Below are positions 57,659 through 64,000 of a stretch of 64,000 nucleotides of DNA, piece after piece. Position 1 is the stretch's first letter. Every line of letters begins with the position of its first letter. The stretch covers positions 202,968 through 266,967 of IMG/VR virus record IMGVR_UViG_3300042997_002652; one strand, given 5' to 3'. The DNA is from a virus (lineage: Duplodnaviria; Caudoviricetes). Position numbers and translations under genes: made by a program. The notes beneath the pieces are model-generated. The model searched no databases and had not been told where the DNA came from. It saw nothing but the letters and a program-made list of their open reading frames with translations.

Positions 57659-58588
57659 ATGAATAAAATGTTAGTTATGTTAGGCATCACGGCAGTATTA
57701 GTAGCCTGTCAGCCAAACTCGTTAGAACAAAGTACTGGTCCAAAAACTGAAACACCCACATTTGACTTAGATTACAGTCAGAGTTGCACTGATAAAGGTG
57801 AACCCACTATTAGTGGTAACTCTGTATTTTTTGGATCAGGAGATCAATGTCAAGCAGGTAGAGTAGTATCTACGCAAAGTTATGCTAATATTACTGAATT
57901 TAGAGCCACTGTGGATTTGAGCAATCTGACAAATGATTATGTAAATGCGTCTGTATACTTTATACAAAATCCAAACGATCCACAAACACAGCCTAAAGCA
58001 ACCGCAGATCATACTGGATCATATTGTGACGCTGGTACAGGTGCCGATTCGCATCCTGAACGAAATTGCAGAGAAATTGATCTTATGGAAACAAACGGCA
58101 ACAAGTTGTTTCAAACAACATTGCATTTAGGCAATGGTGGAAGTTCAGCTCCTGAGCGTTTTGAATATGCATATGCAGCGCCTGCGTTAACTGATTCTAA
58201 CTTTAATGCTGCAAATATGAAGAATAGTCCTACAGTAGGATTACATGATATTACTAGTATTGATATGTCTAAGCCATTTGATATTATTGCAACTTTTACA
58301 TATGATATACCTAGAATGGTTATGACCTATGAACAAGGTTCTATTAGTATCGTAGTATATGATACCGGTGATGGCTATGGCGCTAATGGCAGTCAAACAC
58401 CTGATCTGTCTGATTTAGTTACTACTATGCAAAACGGTTACTGGATTGAGATTTCGTTTTGGCAAGGGTACAGTCCAGAAGGCCCTGGTAATAGTCCATG
58501 GTGGAATGGTTCTGATGGCTGGGGTGCATTGTGTAATAACACTGGCTCATACTGGAACATACGCAATATCCAAGTAACAACACTATAA
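57659..58588 (+). CDS. Lipoprotein with clan GH-B glycoside hydrolase fold and GH7-type motifs
   Basis: Lipobox LVA-C17; TVDLSNL..VNASVYF, YCDA, catalytic EIDLME (E139/D141/E144), QTTLH, IDMSKPFDII..F, MQNG..I.ISFW, IRNIQ. Confidence 0.7.
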   Translation: MNKMLVMLGITAVLVACQPNSLEQSTGPKTETPTFDLDYSQSCTDKGEPTISGNSVFFGSGDQCQAGRVVSTQSYANITEFRATVDLSNLTNDYVNASVYFIQNPNDPQTQPKATADHTGSYCDAGTGADSHPERNCREIDLMETNGNKLFQTTLHLGNGGSSAPERFEYAYAAPALTDSNFNAANMKNSPTVGLHDITSIDMSKPFDIIATFTYDIPRMVMTYEQGSISIVVYDTGDGYGANGSQTPDLSDLVTTMQNGYWIEISFWQGYSPEGPGNSPWWNGSDGWGALCNNTGSYWNIRNIQVTTL

Positions 58589-58619
58589 ATACAAGTATCA
58601 CACTTAACCGGAGATTTAA

Positions 58620-59168
58620 ATGAAAAAACAACTTATGATTTTATTTTTAATATTTTTTAGCGTAACTGCACAAGCCGCTAGATACGAAGTATGTACAGGA
58701 CAATTTGCGTTCTGCGGAGCTTCAGGTGCTACCCCGACAGGAAAAACTATTACAGTAAATACACCTACTGGTACGGCTGAGTTTAATGAAGCTGTAGCTC
58801 AATGTCCAGTAATGACCGGATCTGCTGTTGCAGATGTACTCGGTGGTAATATGCAGGGTTCATGCGAACCTTTAGAATCAGGACATGTATGGTCTTTGTT
58901 TGCCCCGCTCGGTCAAGTTCCCATGGCCCCTACTTGGAGTGTACAAACAGCTACTCCAAGATTATACATTAGTAGCAAAGAAGCAAATAGCAGTAATATG
59001 TTTTCAATGGATTGTGTTTTAGGTAAAGTAATCAATGGAGTTCAGATTGCCGATTGTTATGGTCCTATCAATGAAAATCTTAGAGGCGGGTCTATTCCTG
59101 ACGGTACTACTATGTTAACTGAAGCTCCTCTCGATGTGACATTCCCGGTATCTGGCCCGTTGCCTTAA
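58620..59168 (+). CDS. Secreted cysteine-containing hypothetical protein
   Basis: Signal peptide MKKQLMILFLIFFSVTAQA-A, six Cys, GGAG RBS, TATAAATA upstream. Confidence 0.7.
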   Translation: MKKQLMILFLIFFSVTAQAARYEVCTGQFAFCGASGATPTGKTITVNTPTGTAEFNEAVAQCPVMTGSAVADVLGGNMQGSCEPLESGHVWSLFAPLGQVPMAPTWSVQTATPRLYISSKEANSSNMFSMDCVLGKVINGVQIADCYGPINENLRGGSIPDGTTMLTEAPLDVTFPVSGPLP

Positions 59169-59178
59169 GGATATCATA

Positions 59179-59406
59179 ATGCAAAAAGCAATTATATGGA
59201 GTAAGTCAAACTGTAGTTATTGCGATCAAGCAAAGCAGTTACTAACCATGAAGGGAATAGTATTTGAAGAAAGAAAGATAGGTGCTGAATGGACTAAAGA
59301 ACAACTGTTAGAAGCAGTTCCTACAGCAAGAGCAGTCCCACAGATTTTTCTAGACGATCAATATGTGGGCGGATTTACTGAACTAAGACAAAAACTTAAC
59401 AACTAA
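59179..59406 (+). CDS. Glutaredoxin (RNR reductant)
   Basis: CSYC active site; AVPQIF and VGGF motifs. Confidence 0.92.
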   Translation: MQKAIIWSKSNCSYCDQAKQLLTMKGIVFEERKIGAEWTKEQLLEAVPTARAVPQIFLDDQYVGGFTELRQKLNN

Positions 59407-59414
59407 GGAAATTT

Positions 59415-59714
59415 ATGAATATTAAAGAAAATGAGATTTTTTCAATCAAGTTAAACTCAGGAGAAGAATTGATTACTAGAGTTAAAAAAGTAACACCTGA
59501 ATATCTGATCATTTCAGAGCCAGTATCGGTAGCACCCGGGCCTCAGGGTATGGGATTAGTACCTAGTGTGTTTACTGCAAATCCAAGCGGAGAATTTACG
59601 CTAAATAGAAATAGCATTGCAATTATATGCGAAACAGAATATAATATTAAAACCAAATATTCAGAAGCAGTTTCTGGAATAAAAGTACCAGAAAAGAAAA
59701 TTTTAGTAGGATAA
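59415..59714 (+). CDS. Small beta-rich (Sm-like) phage protein
   Basis: IKLNSGEELI..I..P pattern seen in T4-like phages; function unknown. Confidence 0.55.
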   Translation: MNIKENEIFSIKLNSGEELITRVKKVTPEYLIISEPVSVAPGPQGMGLVPSVFTANPSGEFTLNRNSIAIICETEYNIKTKYSEAVSGIKVPEKKILVG

Positions 59715-59724
59715 GGATTACGTT

Positions 59725-59994
59725 ATGAAACCGATTTGCAAAATGGGTGATATAAATACAGGTTTAGGAAAAGTTATAGCAACCTCTAGAACAGTGTATG
59801 TTAATTTTTTACCAGTAGCACTCATGGGTAATATGCTTACACCTCATATTAAGGGGCCCAGACATGCTGTATCAAAAATAATTACCGGTAGTCCAACAGT
59901 ATTTGTTGAAGGTAGACCTGTAGCAAGATTAGGCTCAATATCTTCTTGTGGTCACAAAATGATTACTGGTAGCCCTAACGTACTTACATCATGA
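59725..59994 (+). CDS. PAAR spike-tip protein (gp5.4-like)
   Basis: PICKMGD, PVALMG..H, TGSPTVFVEGRPVARLG..CGH..TGSPNV. Confidence 0.88.
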   Translation: MKPICKMGDINTGLGKVIATSRTVYVNFLPVALMGNMLTPHIKGPRHAVSKIITGSPTVFVEGRPVARLGSISSCGHKMITGSPNVLTS

Positions 59995-62900
59995 GTTTAA
60001 CAGGAAAACAAAGTCCGTTAGGGGTAAATCTTCAGGGTGCTATACTGAACAATCAGGGCATGGGCATAAACTCTGTTGTTACCAATGTAGCAGGAATTTC
60101 TAAAACAAATAATGATTATGTTTTTGGGAATTTAGTACAAGACACTGTACTAAGATTACACACTTGGGGGATTAATGATGCTTATGTGCGAAATTTGGTT
60201 AGTAGAACATCATCAACTGATACTTATGATAACCTAATAAACGTAGGAGCAAACTCTATTCCTTCGTTAGCCAACACTAAACCACCAACATATGAAGTAG
60301 AAGACCCTTCAGGCACTTGGACTACTCTAGCAGAAAACTATGGAGCACAAAAAGGAGTAGCACCTTCTTTGCCTGGGCCCGCTAACAGTGGATATGCATT
60401 AACCGGCAACACTGGTCAAGGACAACAAGCATCATGGTTACCGTATACTGGTGTAGCCGCTACCAATCCAAATACATCTATAACACAATGGGGTCACGTT
60501 AGATTATATACACTACAAGCATGGAATGAATTTAATTGGAATGGCGGAGTAGTTAATCAAACTACTCCTGAATATAAAGAATTTTTAACTTCTTTTCTAA
60601 GTGCTCAAGCGTTTATGGAAAGTACTAACAAAAGTATATATGCTATGCACAACTCTAAAACTTTCTTAGAGGGAGTATATAGCAATATGAACGACCTTAT
60701 CACGGCTGAAATCGCAGGAGTTAGTTTAGCTACAAAAGACTTTGGAGCAGACTTAGTTAATTTAGGAAAAGCTATAGACCTAAACACAATAGATGCTTTT
60801 GGATTACCATCAAATTTATTGCAAGTTTTATGTAACAACAGCGCACTTAATGAAGAATTAGTATATGCTTTGCTATCAGTAGGATTGTCAAGCACTGAAA
60901 TAAACAATATAGCATTCGGGGAAGTAGATACGATATCATTAAGAACTCAACAATTAATATACGGCAGTTTTTTATTGATAACTGATGAGCCGTTGAGAGA
61001 TGTATTAGCATTACTACAGTGCGTCACACCAGGAATTCAAACTTTAGCTGATTTACTAAGCGTTAAAAAATTGTTTCCGAATAGCTATGAAACATTAACT
61101 GTTCCCGTTTATAATATTAGCCCCGGACCTACTAATAGTAAAACTTATTATTTGTTATACGCAAATCAAGGTTTAAATGCACAATTAACTTCTCCTGCTA
61201 TCATAGAACAAATAGGAACGCAGCTTCCGTTAAGTATCGCTATAATCAATGAAACTTTAGTTGAAGGTACTAACTATACAGCACCTTCGGAAGGTTTCGG
61301 TTCGTACTTATATAATATTATACCCCAAGCAGATGCAGTAGCAGCAGGTGCGTTCGCATACTCAATGCAACAAATAAGAAATATCCGATTTTGTGATTTT
61401 CAAACCTTTGCCCAGGCGGTTAGATCGTTAGAAATTGACACTGGTTTACAGCAAGTGAATGGTACTAACAAACCCACAGATGAAACTTTAGCAGATGCAG
61501 GGTTATTACGAACAGCTTTAGGAAGTGGAGTACACGGTACTTACACTATGTCTGACTTTTTTGGGTGCATGACGGGACTTCCTTATCCCGGGTCTCTAGT
61601 AAGAAACAGAATTGATCAATTACAAACTACTAAACTACAAAACATTTACCGAGAAAACTTTTTAGCTATAACATGGGAAGGTGCTCAAGTAACTGTTCAG
61701 TATTCTACATCAGTAGTTGAGGATCCACCTGGCATATTCACAACTTACTACACTGTTACTGGAGTTACTCTTACCGGAGACGGTGGCGGCTATGGAAGAG
61801 GTAGTGCACCTGCTCCTGCTATAACTATTTCAGGCGGATCAGGAGCAACGGCTGTGTGTACTATCGGCACTAACGATAGTGACGCAGGCTCTAACGGTAC
61901 AGGAACATTTGGTCGTGTTACATCAATAACATTAACATCCGCAGGTTCTTCTTCAGTAACTATACCTACTATTACGATTGAATATCCACCTACTGCTACG
62001 TTAGCAGTACAAGCAAACGGAAGTGTGGCAACCGGTGGAACTAACACTGCCTCAGGCACGACAGGTTGGCCGTCGCCTATGAACGGTGTGGTACAAGCGT
62101 ATATTGATCAAGCAAATACTGAAATAGAAGCGATACAAGCATCTAATCCCATAGAAAGTAGAATTCTCAACACGTACTGGAACATCTGCGGTGATCAACT
62201 GGCTAGAGAGCAACGTGCTAGATATATAGCAATCCCGCCGGTAGAAGTAATAGAGCCTGATTCAAGCAGCGTAGTACGCAAAGATTACTTTGCTAATCCG
62301 TATCCAGGAACTCAATCTGCGTTTACTGATTCGGTTCCGGAATTCGCACAAGATACTAGACCGCACATGACAGCGCAATCATTGGAAGCTATAGCAAATC
62401 TTTGTACTGCTGGTGGACAAAGTTTGATAGCATTAATGCGAGAAAGTAGAAATAATGTAAGACTACAACTAGCGGGAATCACGTTAGATAATACTATACC
62501 TGATGCTATGTCAGATGAACAACTAAAACAGTTGACCACGAATGGTGTTCTTCCTAATCCCGGAATAGGCCCAGTATCTACTACTATACCAGCATGGGCT
62601 AACACAATAGATTGTCAGACCGGAGAACTGATATATCCTATACCAAATGGTGTATTTGCTAATGGTCAATTTAATCAAACTAATGAAGTTGCGTTCGGTG
62701 ATATTATTCCTATAATAGAAAATCAACTCAATCCCGTAGTAAGTACGTTAGTACCTGTAGGTCCTCAAATACAGCCCTCTATTGGAGGAGTTGGTATCGG
62801 AGGAACTGGTATCGGAGGAACTTCTATTTCAGGAGAAGGAGTACCCATTTCTGAACCATATATAATTGCAGTCCCTATACAAGTTAACCCAGCTATTCCT

Positions 62901-63011
62901 CCGCAATTAGACACCCAGTATACAAGCAGCACGATGCTGCCAGCTAGTCCAACTATCCAAGAAGCAATTGATAAAGTAATAGAATGCAATTGTGACTGTT
63001 GGGTAAATTAA
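59991..63011 (+). CDS. Large hypothetical protein, probably virion-associated
   Basis: 1006 aa, ATGA-coupled to PAAR; internal GGGYG..AP.ITISGGSGATA motif of phage structural proteins. Confidence 0.6.
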   Translation: MSLTGKQSPLGVNLQGAILNNQGMGINSVVTNVAGISKTNNDYVFGNLVQDTVLRLHTWGINDAYVRNLVSRTSSTDTYDNLINVGANSIPSLANTKPPTYEVEDPSGTWTTLAENYGAQKGVAPSLPGPANSGYALTGNTGQGQQASWLPYTGVAATNPNTSITQWGHVRLYTLQAWNEFNWNGGVVNQTTPEYKEFLTSFLSAQAFMESTNKSIYAMHNSKTFLEGVYSNMNDLITAEIAGVSLATKDFGADLVNLGKAIDLNTIDAFGLPSNLLQVLCNNSALNEELVYALLSVGLSSTEINNIAFGEVDTISLRTQQLIYGSFLLITDEPLRDVLALLQCVTPGIQTLADLLSVKKLFPNSYETLTVPVYNISPGPTNSKTYYLLYANQGLNAQLTSPAIIEQIGTQLPLSIAIINETLVEGTNYTAPSEGFGSYLYNIIPQADAVAAGAFAYSMQQIRNIRFCDFQTFAQAVRSLEIDTGLQQVNGTNKPTDETLADAGLLRTALGSGVHGTYTMSDFFGCMTGLPYPGSLVRNRIDQLQTTKLQNIYRENFLAITWEGAQVTVQYSTSVVEDPPGIFTTYYTVTGVTLTGDGGGYGRGSAPAPAITISGGSGATAVCTIGTNDSDAGSNGTGTFGRVTSITLTSAGSSSVTIPTITIEYPPTATLAVQANGSVATGGTNTASGTTGWPSPMNGVVQAYIDQANTEIEAIQASNPIESRILNTYWNICGDQLAREQRARYIAIPPVEVIEPDSSSVVRKDYFANPYPGTQSAFTDSVPEFAQDTRPHMTAQSLEAIANLCTAGGQSLIALMRESRNNVRLQLAGITLDNTIPDAMSDEQLKQLTTNGVLPNPGIGPVSTTIPAWANTIDCQTGELIYPIPNGVFANGQFNQTNEVAFGDIIPIIENQLNPVVSTLVPVGPQIQPSIGGVGIGGTGIGGTSISGEGVPISEPYIIAVPIQVNPAIPPQLDTQYTSSTMLPASPTIQEAIDKVIECNCDCWVN

Positions 63012-63074
63012 TAATCCTTTTTTATTGATTTTGATAAGTATTAATGATAATGTATAAATGTATTAACTCATAAC

Positions 63075-63635
63075 ATGGAGATTAACATGGAAAATGTATT
63101 AAGAGCACTATCAAGCGTATTGGGTATTATCCTAGCTTGTATATTTGTGGCTAGTATTAGCAATTTCAAAATAAACGAATACAAGACCCAAGTAAGCACT
63201 TTATCTGAATATGATCACCCTACCGCAGGGCATATAGAAGAAGAGCTAGCCTGTATGGCTTTGAATATCTACAGAGAAGCAAGAGGCGAGCCTTTTGAAG
63301 GAAAAGTGGCTGTAGCACAAGTTACTATGAACAGAGTAGCACATGAGGATTTCCCTGATACAGTGTGTGCTGTGGTACATGAAAAAAACATTTTTATGAA
63401 ACAAGTAGTTTGTCAGTTTAGCTGGTATTGTTCTAGTAGAAATCATGTAACACCTACTAACTCAGTAGCTTATGCTGAAAGTTTTGAAGTGGCTAAAAAA
63501 GTAATGTTAGAAGATTTTAGACTAGACAGCGTAAAAGATGCTATTTACTTTCATGCTGACACTATATCACCTAATTGGCGTTATCAGCAAGTAGCTAAAA
63601 TAGGTGCCCATGTATTTTATCAGGATCGTAGCTAA
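63075..63635 (+). CDS. Cell wall hydrolase, SleB/Hydrolase_2 family, with N-terminal membrane anchor
   Basis: CMALNIYREARGE..GKVAVAQVTMNRV..VC.VV..CQFSW..YFHA..P.W..IG.H.FY. Confidence 0.88.
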   Translation: MEINMENVLRALSSVLGIILACIFVASISNFKINEYKTQVSTLSEYDHPTAGHIEEELACMALNIYREARGEPFEGKVAVAQVTMNRVAHEDFPDTVCAVVHEKNIFMKQVVCQFSWYCSSRNHVTPTNSVAYAESFEVAKKVMLEDFRLDSVKDAIYFHADTISPNWRYQQVAKIGAHVFYQDRS

Positions 63636-64000
63636 TGGAAAATAATACCGAAATTAAAACTGATTATAAACTAATGATTAATGGAATCTATATGAAAGTA
63701 GTTGATTTTTTTAAAACCCAATTTAGTGATTTTACAAACTCAATCGCTAGAGTATCATCAGATACAGTAGAATGGGTAGGTGTCATAGCGTTACATGGCG
63801 CTACAATACCTACAATGTTAGGTTTAATGATGGGGTTAACCGATAACACTCCTCCGATTGATGTAGTACTAATTTTATGGGGAGCATTAACTATGTTCTT
63901 TATAAAAGCAGTTATCAAAAAAGATATACTTAATATTATTACTATTGGTTTAGGATTTATAGGTCAAGCGGTATTAATGGCACTAATATTCTTTAAATAA
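63635..64000 (+). CDS. Small multi-pass membrane protein
   Basis: 121 aa with about three hydrophobic segments; TAATG-coupled to the hydrolase; stop TAA at the window end. Confidence 0.7.
   Translation: MENNTEIKTDYKLMINGIYMKVVDFFKTQFSDFTNSIARVSSDTVEWVGVIALHGATIPTMLGLMMGLTDNTPPIDVVLILWGALTMFFIKAVIKKDILNIITIGLGFIGQAVLMALIFFK

Noticed and set aside
9071-62989. Numerous antisense or nested ORFs in the track (e.g. 9071-9403, 13229-13615, 26072-26470, 40469-41185, 42128-42760, 43431-43781, 54612-54938, 61790-62059)
   Set aside because: They lie entirely within well-supported genes, mostly on the opposite strand, and mirror their repeats and codon bias (shadow ORFs).
1-64000. Stop-codon reassignment, tRNA genes, integrase or transposase
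   Set aside because: Standard-code ORFs tile the window densely and TAA, TGA and TAG all end genes; no cloverleaf or recombinase motifs were seen by eye.

Overview
64 kb AT-rich fragment of a large T4-like (myovirus) phage genome; standard genetic code, no tRNAs, CRISPR array, integrase or transposase seen. Left to right: (1) a minus-strand baseplate operon: tube-initiator-like, gp53-like, hub, gp5-like, gp25, gp6, then a giant gp7-like gene of >2990 aa that runs off the left edge and is absent from the ORF track; (2) a plus-strand gp55 late sigma, gp47, gp46 and an Hjc-like nuclease; (3) a ~480-nt ORF-free, densely base-paired element, the best candidate for an undescribed system (a large structured ncRNA directly behind the nuclease gene); (4) gp51-like/gp26 on the minus strand; (5) tape-measure-lysozyme, portal, core proteins, protease, scaffold and major capsid; (6) an HNH homing endonuclease, a QueC-like protein and a degenerate HNH; (7) a fibre/collagen gene cluster with a chaperone; (8) two 2OG-Fe(II) oxygenases, heme oxygenase and a PcyX-type bilin reductase; (9) nrdA-nrdB, then two exported proteins (one a lipoprotein carrying GH7-type cellulase motifs) and glutaredoxin; (10) PAAR, a large orphan, an SleB-like hydrolase and a membrane protein. 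All family assignments come from motif recognition by eye, not database searches.
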